This document shows, piece after piece, positions 9,591 through 19,556 of a stretch of DNA of 64,000 nucleotides. The stretch comes from Escherichia phage vB_EcoM_G4507. A program made the position numbers and the translations under genes. The number at the start of each line of letters is the position of its first letter. Position 1 is the stretch's first letter. The stretch lies in sequence record NC_054919.1, one strand, 5' to 3'. The notes below the pieces were generated by a model, which searched no databases, was not told the origin of the DNA, and saw only the letters and a program-made list of their open reading frames with translations.

Positions 9591-11404
9591 TGGTGTTTAA
9601 CCCTATGCATGATTTCTTTATTTTTACCGAGATTAAATCCGCGTTCGTTTGGATTTCCCAAATAACCACATGTTCTTCTTATGGTGTTCATCTTTTTAGG
9701 ATCAGTTTCTCCACAAATAGAACAAACAAATCCGTTTTCAGTAGGAGTCATTTCATGGGTACTTCCACATGTAAAACATTTATCTACTGGCATATTAACA
9801 CCAAAATAATCTAAATGTTGTGCAGCATAATCCCATACGGCCTCAAGGCCTTTCAAGTTATTTTTCATATCAGGAAGTTCAACATAAGAAATGTGACCAC
9901 CTGTCGCAATGAAATGATATGGCGCTTCACGAGAAATCTTTTCAAACGGAGTAATATTTTCTTCTACTGAAACGTGGAAACTGTTAGTGTACCAGCCTTT
10001 ATCGGTAACATCTTTTACACTTCCATATTTTTCTGTATCAAGTTTACAGAAGCGATAACAAAGGTTTTCAGCAGGAGTAGAATACAAACTAAAAGCAAAC
10101 CCAGTTCTTTCAGTCCACTGTTTAAGACGAGCATTCATTTTAGTTAAAATTTCTCGTCCAATATCACGACCGACAAGAATATTCAATTCGTGAATACCAA
10201 TGTATCCTAGAGACACTGAACTTCTGCCATTTTTAAATAACTCAATTATATCGTCATCAGGTTTAAGACGAACCCCGAATGCACCTTCTTGGTAAAGAAT
10301 AGGAGCAACAGTTGCTTTAACTCCTTTTAAGGAACTAATTCTACACATCAAAGCTTCAAAACACAAATCCATTCGCTCATTGAACAATTCGATAAATTTC
10401 TGTTCATTGAACTGTGTTCCAATATAAGAATCTAATGCGATACGAGGAAGATTCAGTGTTACAACACCGAGATTATTACGTCCATCAAGAATTTCATTAC
10501 CGGTTGAATCTTTCCACACACTCAAAAAACTGCGGCAACCCATTGGAGAAACAGGAATAGATGAGCCGGTGATAGCTTTATTGTTCTTAGCTGAAATAAT
10601 ATCAGGATACATTCTTTTGCTTGCGCACTCTAAAGCAAGCTGTTTAATATCATAGTTCGGATCGTCTTTATAAAGATTAACACCTTCTTCAACAAACATA
10701 ACAAGCTTAGGGAAAATAGGAGTTATCCCATCACGACCAAGACCTTTAATACGATTTTTCAGAATTGCTTTCTGAATCATTCGTTCAGTCCAGTCAGTTC
10801 CTGTACCAAATGTAATTGTTACAAAAGGTGTTTGTCCGTTTGAACTAAAGAGAGTATTTACTTCATATTCATAAGCTTGGAATGCATCGTATACGTCTTT
10901 TTCTGTTTTAGACTGGGCATAATTCAACGCATCAGTGATTTGCCATTTTTCTGCATCCTCAATATGTTTTGCATAGGTGCGTTTAACATAAGGAGAAAGT
11001 ACTTTATCTACATTCGCAAAAGTCGTTCCGCCATATTGATGGGAAGCAACCTGTGCAGTAATTTGCGCCATAATTGCAGTAGCAACTCCAATTGATTTAG
11101 GAGTTTCAATCTGTGCATTACCTAGCTTAAATCCGTTTTCAAGCATTCCTTTTAAATCTACTAAACAACAATTAGTAAATGGAAGAGCAGGGGAATAATC
11201 AATATCGTGGAAATGGATAATTCCGCTTTCATGCGCTTTCATAATAAAAGACGGGACCATATTTTTGGCAATGTGTTTAGACACAATACCAGCCATAAGG
11301 TCCCGTTGAGTTGGAAAAACACGAGAATCTTTATTAGCATTCTCGTTTAAAAGGTCTTTATTAGTTTTATGAATCAATCCTTCAATTTCTTTTTCAATTG
11401 TCAT
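9587..11404 (-). CDS. nrdD: Anaerobic ribonucleoside-triphosphate reductase (glycyl radical enzyme), uninterrupted
   Basis: 605 aa continuous ORF; C-terminal RTCGYLG glycyl-radical motif and Zn-ribbon CFTCGSTHE...CSICGETD. Confidence 0.9.
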   Translation of the reverse strand: MTIEKEIEGLIHKTNKDLLNENANKDSRVFPTQRDLMAGIVSKHIAKNMVPSFIMKAHESGIIHFHDIDYSPALPFTNCCLVDLKGMLENGFKLGNAQIETPKSIGVATAIMAQITAQVASHQYGGTTFANVDKVLSPYVKRTYAKHIEDAEKWQITDALNYAQSKTEKDVYDAFQAYEYEVNTLFSSNGQTPFVTITFGTGTDWTERMIQKAILKNRIKGLGRDGITPIFPKLVMFVEEGVNLYKDDPNYDIKQLALECASKRMYPDIISAKNNKAITGSSIPVSPMGCRSFLSVWKDSTGNEILDGRNNLGVVTLNLPRIALDSYIGTQFNEQKFIELFNERMDLCFEALMCRISSLKGVKATVAPILYQEGAFGVRLKPDDDIIELFKNGRSSVSLGYIGIHELNILVGRDIGREILTKMNARLKQWTERTGFAFSLYSTPAENLCYRFCKLDTEKYGSVKDVTDKGWYTNSFHVSVEENITPFEKISREAPYHFIATGGHISYVELPDMKNNLKGLEAVWDYAAQHLDYFGVNMPVDKCFTCGSTHEMTPTENGFVCSICGETDPKKMNTIRRTCGYLGNPNERGFNLGKNKEIMHRVKHQ

Positions 11405-11874
11405 TTTAAACTCTTTCTAAGCTGCTTCTTAAATGAAGCTATTAACTGTGTTTTAGTGTCAGATTCATTATATTCAAATCCTCTTTGAAGCATCTCAGCC
11501 ATCATTTCCTCTTTTCCTAAACGAGAAAATTCCTTTGATTTATCTCCAACGAAGTTAGGGTGAATATTATTTTGGGTGTAATCGGATTTTAAATAAGTAA
11601 GTAAATTTTCTAACCATTCAAGATAATCAACACCTTGTCCCTTTAAGCCAGAACGATTAAATTTATGCTTCATTTGACCTTCTGCGGCATTGCAGAGATT
11701 ACAAAGCAATCCACGCACCTTTCCTGCTTTTGGTCCATTTAATTCATGGTCATGGTCGAGGTGATTAGCTTGAACGTCAGGATTTAGTTCTCGTTGGCAA
11801 ATTAAGCATTTACCATTTTGTGCATCATAAAATTTCTGTTTTTCTTCTTTATATAATTTGCCAGTCAATAACAT
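11401..11874 (-). CDS. 49: Endonuclease VII (Holliday junction resolvase)
   Basis: 157 aa; Cys-rich N-terminus CLICQ...CNLC; length matches T4 gp49. Confidence 0.85.
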   Translation of the reverse strand: MLLTGKLYKEEKQKFYDAQNGKCLICQRELNPDVQANHLDHDHELNGPKAGKVRGLLCNLCNAAEGQMKHKFNRSGLKGQGVDYLEWLENLLTYLKSDYTQNNIHPNFVGDKSKEFSRLGKEEMMAEMLQRGFEYNESDTKTQLIASFKKQLRKSLK

Positions 11875-11916
11875 AATAAAACCCTTACCTTAAATAGATA
11901 AGGGTATTTATTATTT

Positions 11917-12402
11917 TCAAGTATTGTAAAACATTTGATGCAATCGCTTATATTGCTGAATCATTCGGTCAGAAAAAGAAATTTGAGTTTCAAGCCATTC
12001 AATGTATTCTGCGGCAGCTTGCATCAGGTTACCTTCATAGCCATCGTTATTTTCTTGCGCAGCTAATTTAGCTAATGCGTATGAAATACGTTCACCTTGA
12101 AAATCGGCTTTAGGCTTCTGAACAACTTGATTAGTTCGCTCTACAACTTCTTCAATTTCGCCATTTTCAACGGATTCAGTATTCCATAAGCACCAATACG
12201 TAATTGGCTTATCGTAGATGTTAATAATCTTTCCATCAGAAAGTTCAATTTCAATAATTCCAGTATCAGGCTCTATATCATCTTCACATTCTTTTGCAAG
12301 TTCACGAACTTTAAAGACAGTACCTGCACTAAGTTCCGGCCAGTAATTACACAGCCCTGTATCAGCACGATTAATTCTAAACCACTTATCTACTGTAATC
12401 AT
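11917..12402 (-). CDS. pin: Probable Pin (protease inhibitor) homolog
   Basis: Track start is TTG; ATG at 12402 gives 161 aa (T4 Pin length); position next to gene 49. Confidence 0.5.
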   Translation of the reverse strand: MITVDKWFRINRADTGLCNYWPELSAGTVFKVRELAKECEDDIEPDTGIIEIELSDGKIINIYDKPITYWCLWNTESVENGEIEEVVERTNQVVQKPKADFQGERISYALAKLAAQENNDGYEGNLMQAAAEYIEWLETQISFSDRMIQQYKRLHQMFYNT

Positions 12403-12525
12403 GTCCCATCTCCATATCAATTAAGTCATTTATCGTTGGTTCATTATATACTGTTTCTTCATCAGTGTAAACCGGTTCTTCCGGCTCTGGCTCTACAGTT
12501 TCCCATCTAGCCGCCCACCAAGGTT

Positions 12526-12846
12526 TTATAGCGTAATCCATTCTCTTACTGTCTGAGTTACTACACGTTCTCGAAGCTCAACCAGTTCAACGGTAGGAAC
12601 TGCATAATACCAGTCAGAATGGTAAGAACCTGAGCGAGATTCATTTACGGAAACATATACGTAGTGTTTTGGGCTAAAGTAAATTACTCGACGATATTGG
12701 CATTTGCCTTGTTGAGTCCATTCTTCGGATTCAATCGGAATAAGATAGTCGGAAAAATCGAAATCATAGTTTTCCGAAAATGCATCATGGTCTTCAATAA
12801 TTTCGCTCAGAACTGCATCAACATCTAATTTATTTTCAGTATTCAT
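12526..12846 (-). CDS. Hypothetical protein
   Basis: ORF track. Confidence 0.5.
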   Translation of the reverse strand: MNTENKLDVDAVLSEIIEDHDAFSENYDFDFSDYLIPIESEEWTQQGKCQYRRVIYFSPKHYVYVSVNESRSGSYHSDWYYAVPTVELVELRERVVTQTVREWITL

Positions 12847-13030
12847 TTTTTCACCAATTAATTTCGCAATTTATTAAGTTCTTCATAATCAATCCAGGAT
12901 TCTAATCCTGATGGCAAATCAGATTCAATTTCCCAAAGAAGTTCTTCAATTTTATGAAGACGATCTAGTTCTTCAGCAGGAATAGTAACCATTGACGGAG
13001 CTCTTGCTACATTAATATCGTAAATCATAT

Positions 13031-13246
13031 TTACCCCAGTTTAACCATGCAATCGCCGTATTTCCATTTAGAAATAGACTTTTCGCCATTAGAATAATAA
13101 ACTTCGAGTTTAGCACGATTATTTTTAATTTGAATAACCTTGGCTGTCATCAAAGTTCCATACCCATAGTAAACTGCAACTTCATCACCTACATATACCG
13201 CGTTTCCACGGTAGTCATGGATATAATCAGTTCCTTCGAGCATCAT
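13031..13246 (-). CDS. Small hypothetical protein
   Basis: ORF track; ATGA overlap with nrdC stop. Confidence 0.5.
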   Translation of the reverse strand: MMLEGTDYIHDYRGNAVYVGDEVAVYYGYGTLMTAKVIQIKNNRAKLEVYYSNGEKSISKWKYGDCMVKLG

Positions 13247-13506
13247 TTAAAATATTCTCGCAGTTGGTCAAATCCACCAATATGACTTCCATCAGGAGCA
13301 AATACTTGTGGCATTGTCAAACCAATTTGAGTATCACGACCTAGTTTAGCCAGAAGCTCAGCGATTTTCTCATCATCAAAAACACCTTTTTCCGGCATAA
13401 TGTTGATAAATTCAAACGGCTGTTTCTTCACGGTCAAAAGACGTTTTGCATTATCGCAATACACACATTTATGAATGTTGCTATCATAACCATATACTTT
13501 AAACAT
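13243..13506 (-). CDS. nrdC: Thioredoxin (glutaredoxin-like)
   Basis: 87 aa MFKVYGYDSNIHKCVYCDNAKRLL..., essentially the T4 thioredoxin sequence with CVYC active site. Confidence 0.9.
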   Translation of the reverse strand: MFKVYGYDSNIHKCVYCDNAKRLLTVKKQPFEFINIMPEKGVFDDEKIAELLAKLGRDTQIGLTMPQVFAPDGSHIGGFDQLREYFK

Positions 13507-13507
13507 A

Positions 13508-13750
13508 TTATTCCTTAATTCCTAGTACTCGTTTAAAAGTCTCGTCGTAATCAAGACTTTGGCCCGTTTGTTCTTTATGTTTGTATATAATATCACTTAC
13601 TTCTGATAGCATATTTTTATATGAACGAGTTAAAGCAGATTTAAGCACGCTGTATCTATCAGGAAATTTACCATGTTCATTATAATACGCTATTGCTAAT
13701 TCACGGACTGCCTTTTCAGCAGTCTCCATATATTCTTTACGCTTTGTCAT
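13508..13750 (-). CDS. Hypothetical protein (nrdC.1 position)
   Basis: ORF track. Confidence 0.5.
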   Translation of the reverse strand: MTKRKEYMETAEKAVRELAIAYYNEHGKFPDRYSVLKSALTRSYKNMLSEVSDIIYKHKEQTGQSLDYDETFKRVLGIKE

Positions 13751-13752
13751 TT

Positions 13753-14142
13753 TTAATCCAAAATATTATTAGGCATTGGTTGAACACTCACAAGTTCTTT
13801 AAAGAACTCAGTAGAATCAGGCAATTTAACCATTTCCGGAGCATGCTTACTGAATTTATGTTTACATTGACGGCATTTATATTCAAGCTCTGGTTTACGC
13901 CAGTTAATCAATTGAACTTGTTCAGTACCGCATTCAGGGCAATTAGGAACGTTTTTAGAAGCTCTTTCACGTCGTTCAACCATAGCCATAATAGCATCCC
14001 ATGCTGGAGGTTTAAAATCTAAATCGTCGCAGCCGTGAATCTTTCCACGCATTTCCATATCATCTTCCTCACCAGCCATAATAATTTTAATTAAACTGGA
14101 ATTACTTGAAGCTGCAATGTCTTCTAATAAACGCTTTTTCAT
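13753..14142 (-). CDS. Hypothetical Zn-ribbon protein (nrdC.2 position)
   Basis: CPECG...CRQC motifs. Confidence 0.5.
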   Translation of the reverse strand: MKKRLLEDIAASSNSSLIKIIMAGEEDDMEMRGKIHGCDDLDFKPPAWDAIMAMVERRERASKNVPNCPECGTEQVQLINWRKPELEYKCRQCKHKFSKHAPEMVKLPDSTEFFKELVSVQPMPNNILD

Positions 14143-15068
14143 TTCAATACCTCAATAGCATTACGTAAACCATTTGCTTTGGCGGTTAAAGCCTTAAGAA
14201 CTTTAGTATGCTCTTCAATTTGTTTTTCAACTTCAGTCAAACGGGCATTGAGATATTCACGTTCTTCACCCAGATTATCAACCTTTTCTACTTTAGGCTC
14301 TTTTACAACTGTCTTATATGTATTAGGGTTCTTCAGTTTAATTAGAATGCGTGAACTGTATAACATTGAACCATTATCTTCGGTTTCGTCATACATTTCC
14401 ACTACGTCCATAATTTTTAACATCATGCGGAGTTTATAAGACAACGAACGAATAGTTTTGTTGTGCTTATTAATTTCTTTAGCTGTCATGGTGCCGAGAT
14501 TACGTGAGTAATAATAAGGAACCTGGATATTAATTAATACTGATGAACCACCTGGCTTGTGTGTTACTTCATCAGCAATAACCCAGTCCTTAACATGAAC
14601 TGTATTTGTACGGTCATTGCCCGCGGTAAATAGTTTGCGAGCATGCTTAAAAAGCATATTCACTTGGGTATTGAATTGACAAGCAAATTTATCAGCAAAT
14701 TTAGTTTCAGGAATGGTAGATAACCAATCAGCCAAATGGGTCTTTTTAACATCGTTAACAATAGTAAATTGAACCAAATCGGTTATAGATGTCTCAGATT
14801 TAATAAAGCTCGGCTTCATAAAGTTTTTAATGTTATCGCGAGCTACAGTAGAAGATAACATACGAGAACGTTTAAACCATTCAAGCAAATTGCCTAACGA
14901 ATGAGAATAAGCGTTTTGAGTATCTTTACAGATATGATTTTCCTGGCCAACATATTGAAGGAAATCACGAAGAATATTATTGATTACTGCTCTGTGTCCG
15001 ATCTGATAATTACGATGTTTAGTAATAAGACTGTCAAAATAATCAATATAATGTTTACGAGTTTTCAT
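14139..15068 (-). CDS. Hypothetical protein with C-terminal coiled coil
   Basis: 309 aa; C-terminal heptad-like EYLNARLTEVEKQIEEHTKVLKAL. Confidence 0.55.
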   Translation of the reverse strand: MKTRKHYIDYFDSLITKHRNYQIGHRAVINNILRDFLQYVGQENHICKDTQNAYSHSLGNLLEWFKRSRMLSSTVARDNIKNFMKPSFIKSETSITDLVQFTIVNDVKKTHLADWLSTIPETKFADKFACQFNTQVNMLFKHARKLFTAGNDRTNTVHVKDWVIADEVTHKPGGSSVLINIQVPYYYSRNLGTMTAKEINKHNKTIRSLSYKLRMMLKIMDVVEMYDETEDNGSMLYSSRILIKLKNPNTYKTVVKEPKVEKVDNLGEEREYLNARLTEVEKQIEEHTKVLKALTAKANGLRNAIEVLK

Positions 15069-15119
15069 GTTCTTCTCACTTGTTAATGATTTATACTCCG
15101 AGCCATCCTTGGCTTTAAA

Positions 15120-16121
15120 TTACTTAATTAACTGTAAAGCTTGTTCAAGACGATCCAAGCGATTAACAGATTCTTCCCAAATCTTTTTAGCCTTCTCATA
15201 TTCTTTCTGCGCTTTATTAGAAATTTCTAGAACTTCTTTATAAGCTTTTTCTAGTGCAACAACTTCTGGACGAATTTCTACCGGTTCAAGTGAATCGTCA
15301 AGATTATCCATTAGTTCCTCAAGGGTAGTTTCTTCTTTAGGAGTATTCACAATTTCTTCGCATTTTTGTTGGTAAATTTCTTTATCAGTTAGTGAATAAG
15401 CACATTTCACTTCACGAAGACTAATTACAATTTTATATCCTTCCCAACCACCAATATTTTTGAAAGGATATGTATGAATACTTTTTACAGTTTCCATACA
15501 ATCCAAAGCCGTCTCTAATTGATGAGTTATAGTGCTAGCAATTGAGAAAAATTTATTAATATTCTTTTGGTTAGCTTCTGGTGTAAAAAATTCATAATTC
15601 ACAAAAATAGCTACTTTATTTTTATCAAGCTCATATTCTTTTACGATAATCATATCAGAAGCCAAAGGATGAATTTGACGATAATCGCCATAACATAATT
15701 TAGAAGCTGATTTTAGAATTTGTCCTTTAAAAAGTCTGAAATTACTAATCCAACGACGAGTAAAAATATTCTTAGGGTCTTCTTTGATATTAAGATGATA
15801 AGAATTAACATCACCGAACCAATTGTATCCTATTACACCTTTAGTTCGTTTAATTTCTTTCCCAAAATTACCAAGAATATCCCGATTAACTAAATATGAA
15901 AGAAGACGAGACCCTTTAAAGATTATCTTAATATCATCTTTATCTACACGGCTAGAAATTTCACGAACTTCATGAATAAATTTACTGGAAGAAACAATAC
16001 TTGCATCAATACTGCTGAGCCATTGATTGATAATAGAAAGAACAGCGTTCTGACTAGACATGGGTTTAACTTTATCATCAATAACCCCATTGAATGATTT
16101 GATATATTCGTTACGAGTCAT
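15120..16121 (-). CDS. Hypothetical protein with C-terminal coiled coil
   Basis: Track start 16172 lies within a promoter; ATG at 16121 with GAGGAG SD; C-terminal coiled coil. Confidence 0.55.
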   Translation of the reverse strand: MTRNEYIKSFNGVIDDKVKPMSSQNAVLSIINQWLSSIDASIVSSSKFIHEVREISSRVDKDDIKIIFKGSRLLSYLVNRDILGNFGKEIKRTKGVIGYNWFGDVNSYHLNIKEDPKNIFTRRWISNFRLFKGQILKSASKLCYGDYRQIHPLASDMIIVKEYELDKNKVAIFVNYEFFTPEANQKNINKFFSIASTITHQLETALDCMETVKSIHTYPFKNIGGWEGYKIVISLREVKCAYSLTDKEIYQQKCEEIVNTPKEETTLEELMDNLDDSLEPVEIRPEVVALEKAYKEVLEISNKAQKEYEKAKKIWEESVNRLDRLEQALQLIK

Positions 16122-16149
16122 ATTAATCTCCTCAGTAGAAAGTAAGAAC

Positions 16150-16179
16150 ATTATACCACATCCTTGTGGCAAAGTAAAC
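16150..16179 (-). promoter_or_regulatory. T4-type early promoter
   Basis: GTTTAC, 18 nt with TGG extended element, TATAAT. Confidence 0.55.
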
Positions 16180-17198
16180 TAGTTCAGTGCATTTAATGCA
16201 TTGTTCAGTTTAGAACGTTGCTTTGTCAGATTTTGAACCCTTGACTGAGCTTGTTCTAACACCTTTTCAGCTTCTAGCACTTCATTGGTCGCTTTAACGA
16301 GTTCAGCATCTACTGCCTTAAGAGACTTCTCAATCGCGTCAGCGTGCCATTTTTCTACAGGTTTAAAATTTGAATTTTCAGTAGGAAGAAAACTCACTTT
16401 ATTAAGTTTACATGCATCATTATTACCTGAACTATACATCCAAAATTTAGGATCGTTTGATAAGTAATTGGATAAATTTAAGTTATCTTGTACTTCTTGC
16501 TTTTTCTCTTGCGTGACTTCGTCCTTTCTCAAAAAATCATATTTAAATGAAACGATCATATCAAGTTCATATGATGTTGTATCTAACTTAAATCGTTCAA
16601 AACGAGGTAAAATCTTAGATTGAACAGCAGCAACAACATCCATATACTTAAATGCTTCTATCAGCTGTGATTTAAGGCATTCACAAATTGAAAGAGAATT
16701 TTTAGTATTAGGCTTAAAGCTAATTCGTGCAGTTCTATTATTTTCTTTTAACGGTCTTACTTCCATCTGAAGAGTATAACCATCAAATTTCAGGTTCTTT
16801 AAGTTAATGTCAGAACCTTTTAATCGACTAGCCGTCGACAAAATTTGCTTTAATTGTTTACGGAATAGAGCAATAAATCTCCATTCAATACGATAATGAT
16901 TTGGATTGAAAAATCCAGATGATAAATCGACCTTACTTTGACCAACGCCTTGAACAAATAGAGGATTTTTATAATCAATAGTTTTACAGAAATCGGTGAG
17001 CTGCTCACGAGCAGTCATTTGTGTAATATACCCTGCTTCATTAAAATTACGCACCCATTCACTGCTATTCATATATTTAAAGTGAATATCACGATTAACT
17101 TTATCAGGGTCTAAATTATTTTGGCACAAAAATGTCATAACATCACGAGTATAGCTGGCATTACGAACCATATCTTCAATTTGAGAACGAGTTTTCAT
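16179..17198 (-). CDS. Hypothetical protein with C-terminal coiled coil
   Basis: 339 aa; C-terminal ELVKATNEVLEAEKVLEQAQSRVQNL. Confidence 0.55.
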   Translation of the reverse strand: MKTRSQIEDMVRNASYTRDVMTFLCQNNLDPDKVNRDIHFKYMNSSEWVRNFNEAGYITQMTAREQLTDFCKTIDYKNPLFVQGVGQSKVDLSSGFFNPNHYRIEWRFIALFRKQLKQILSTASRLKGSDINLKNLKFDGYTLQMEVRPLKENNRTARISFKPNTKNSLSICECLKSQLIEAFKYMDVVAAVQSKILPRFERFKLDTTSYELDMIVSFKYDFLRKDEVTQEKKQEVQDNLNLSNYLSNDPKFWMYSSGNNDACKLNKVSFLPTENSNFKPVEKWHADAIEKSLKAVDAELVKATNEVLEAEKVLEQAQSRVQNLTKQRSKLNNALNALN

Positions 17199-17206
17199 GG
17201 TGTTCC

Positions 17207-18130
17207 TTAAGATTTAAGTAAATCAACAATTTTAATTAATTTTTCACGTTCAGATTTAGCTTTACTACTCAGTCCAGATAGTCTGAAAATTTCATCGTCA
17301 TATTGTTGAATAGAAATATTCAGCTCTTCAATCTGTTTATTAAAATAATCAATTTGTTCAGAATGTTTTTCGTTACTACGAACTGGTACAGGGTTTGTAG
17401 GCAATTTAGTTGAACTGGATTCATCCGGGCGATAAATTAAAATACAACTTGAACCAATCGGGCATTTTGCACCAGATGAATATTCTAATGTTCCGGCTTC
17501 TTTTAAAACTTCAAAAGCTAAACAGAGATGATGCCCCATATTAACATAATCTGTAGAGCGAGCTCTGACGTAATAATCATCGCCGCGAATACTAAATTTA
17601 AAGCATTTAAGGTCTTCTGTGTTATTGGTCTTAAAAATCATTTGTTTATCTAGACCTTTAGCTAATCGAGCGCCTAATGCTAATAATCGTCGTTGATTTT
17701 CCCACAAATCTGCGATCATTTGGTCAAATGATAATTTCGGCATTAGTCGACCATAAAGGTCATATCCTTTATTATAATTACGAAGGATTTCACTCGCGTT
17801 AATACGAGACAATGCTCCAATTTTATTAAGGGCTTTCATAATGCGATTAGATAAACCCATTCCAGACCCGTTTGTTCGCTGCAAATGTTTTTCTAATCCA
17901 AATCCAATATCAACTTTAAACTTATCTAAAATTTCTGCATGAACATCTCTGTCAATAACATTCAAATCCAAAGTTGGGTTAAATCTATGAAAAAATTTAT
18001 CTGGCTCTCCACGACGAAGTACAGTCCATTCATTCATTTTTTTATTAACTAAAGATTTAATTACTGTATTGACATTATTAATTACTACTGACATATTTTC
18101 CTCACTCAATTTCAATTTTACTAAATACAC
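17207..18130 (-). CDS. Hypothetical protein with C-terminal coiled coil
   Basis: 307 aa; C-terminal coiled-coil segment; start uncertain. Confidence 0.5.
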   Translation of the reverse strand: MYLVKLKLSEENMSVVINNVNTVIKSLVNKKMNEWTVLRRGEPDKFFHRFNPTLDLNVIDRDVHAEILDKFKVDIGFGLEKHLQRTNGSGMGLSNRIMKALNKIGALSRINASEILRNYNKGYDLYGRLMPKLSFDQMIADLWENQRRLLALGARLAKGLDKQMIFKTNNTEDLKCFKFSIRGDDYYVRARSTDYVNMGHHLCLAFEVLKEAGTLEYSSGAKCPIGSSCILIYRPDESSSTKLPTNPVPVRSNEKHSEQIDYFNKQIEELNISIQQYDDEIFRLSGLSSKAKSEREKLIKIVDLLKS

Positions 18131-18509
18131 AGAATATGATGGAAAAGACTATATAAGCACCGCATATAGATTGAACTAATACCATTCCAAAGAACCAAAC
18201 GATATTATCAAACAATGTCTGTTTTACGTCGAAAGGACGTAAACTTACAGTAATATTATCACCTTTTTCTATTGAAGAATACATCTCTGGGGAAATATAT
18301 TCACTAAATCTATAACCGTCTTTGAGTTCATATACAGCAATAAACGATAAACTAGACCCCTTTCCTTGGGTTCCTGTGATAGTATTAACTACAGTAACAT
18401 CATAATCTTTATAGTGCATATAATCATTAATAGCATAATAACTATATGCAACTACTATACATAAACAACATATCAATAAATTCAATCTTTTAATTATCAA
18501 CTGTTTCAT
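18102..18509 (-). CDS. Membrane protein, 135 aa
   Basis: Hydrophobic segments at N- and C-terminus. Confidence 0.5.
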   Translation of the reverse strand: MKQLIIKRLNLLICCLCIVVAYSYYAINDYMHYKDYDVTVVNTITGTQGKGSSLSFIAVYELKDGYRFSEYISPEMYSSIEKGDNITVSLRPFDVKQTLFDNIVWFFGMVLVQSICGAYIVFSIIFCVFSKIEIE

Positions 18510-18564
18510 AATAATCTCAATTAAAAGGGCTTAGAACCATTATACCATCCTTGGTATAAAGCGG

Positions 18565-19092
18565 TTATGCGAGTACCGTCTTTAACCGTTCTTCAAACTT
18601 CCGAAGAGTATTCTGGCGTTCAGCTCTTTGCTTTTTGTAAGTTTCAATACGCTCTGAAATGAGAGTGTATCGTTCATTTACTGATTCTTTCATAAAATCA
18701 GGAATTTCACGAGAAGCTTTAATCTCGTCAAATTTATCAATAACAGCTTGCTCTTCAGCAATTAAGTTATCATACATCAAAATATCTTTCTTGATGAACT
18801 CAATATCTTCTTGAGTTACACGAGATAATTTAGATGCTTTATCCTTTTTGTACTGTTCGTTAGTATCACGAGACCAGTGTAATGTACGATTTTTATTCGT
18901 ATTTTTGTAAATTTCTACAATACCAATCTCATCAATAATAACGATCCAATTCCAACGGGATTTGTAAATTTGTCCTCCATCAACTGTGATTTCACCTCCG
19001 ATTGAGATGTCATTAAAGAACTTGCTTTGTGCTTCAGATTTAAATTTACCATCGTTGTAATTTACCAAGTTGAAAATATCTTTAGCGTTCAT
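18565..19092 (-). CDS. Hypothetical protein
   Basis: Track start 19152 overlaps a promoter; ATG at 19092 with GGAGG SD. Confidence 0.55.
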   Translation of the reverse strand: MNAKDIFNLVNYNDGKFKSEAQSKFFNDISIGGEITVDGGQIYKSRWNWIVIIDEIGIVEIYKNTNKNRTLHWSRDTNEQYKKDKASKLSRVTQEDIEFIKKDILMYDNLIAEEQAVIDKFDEIKASREIPDFMKESVNERYTLISERIETYKKQRAERQNTLRKFEERLKTVLA

Positions 19093-19120
19093 TTTCTGTT
19101 CCTCCGTAGTTGATATGGTA

Positions 19121-19150
19121 ATAGTACCACAGAGGAACAGTCTTGTAAAC
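19121..19150 (-). promoter_or_regulatory. T4-type early promoter
   Basis: GTTTAC, 18 nt, TACTAT; about 30 nt upstream of ATG at 19092. Confidence 0.55.
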
Positions 19151-19152
19151 AA

Positions 19153-19455
19153 CTAAAAGAAACTTCTTTCACAATTTTTTCCACTGAACCACGCGCTCAC
19201 TGCTTTCTTAGTCTCAGGAGCAGTGTTATCCATAAACCATTCAAAGGCAGCCTTTTTATGATTCTGGAGGGCTTCTCGGGCTTTAATCTGCTCACGGTCT
19301 ATTAACACTAACATATGAGCCTTTCTTGTCACCATGGGCTTCTTATGATTTTTTGAATATTCCCAATCATTTGTCCATCGCATCGTTGTTGCGAATTGAA
19401 GTACAGCTTCTTTAATTTTAGTTTCGTAAATTTCACGAGCCTTTGAGTATAACAT
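19153..19455 (-). CDS. Hypothetical protein
   Basis: Second ATG (19455) has GGAGG SD at spacing 5. Confidence 0.5.
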   Translation of the reverse strand: MLYSKAREIYETKIKEAVLQFATTMRWTNDWEYSKNHKKPMVTRKAHMLVLIDREQIKAREALQNHKKAAFEWFMDNTAPETKKAVSAWFSGKNCERSFF

Positions 19456-19556
19456 TACTACCTCCATTTACCAGTTTAATTCTAGTCATCTTTTTGATGG
19501 CAGTCCATATAATCTATTTCTGAACTGCCTTTTTATCTTAGAAGGCCTCTTATGAA

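Noticed and set aside
9587-11404. Search for a group I intron and I-TevII homing endonuclease within nrdD
   Set aside because: The ORF is continuous over 605 codons with no internal non-coding segment.
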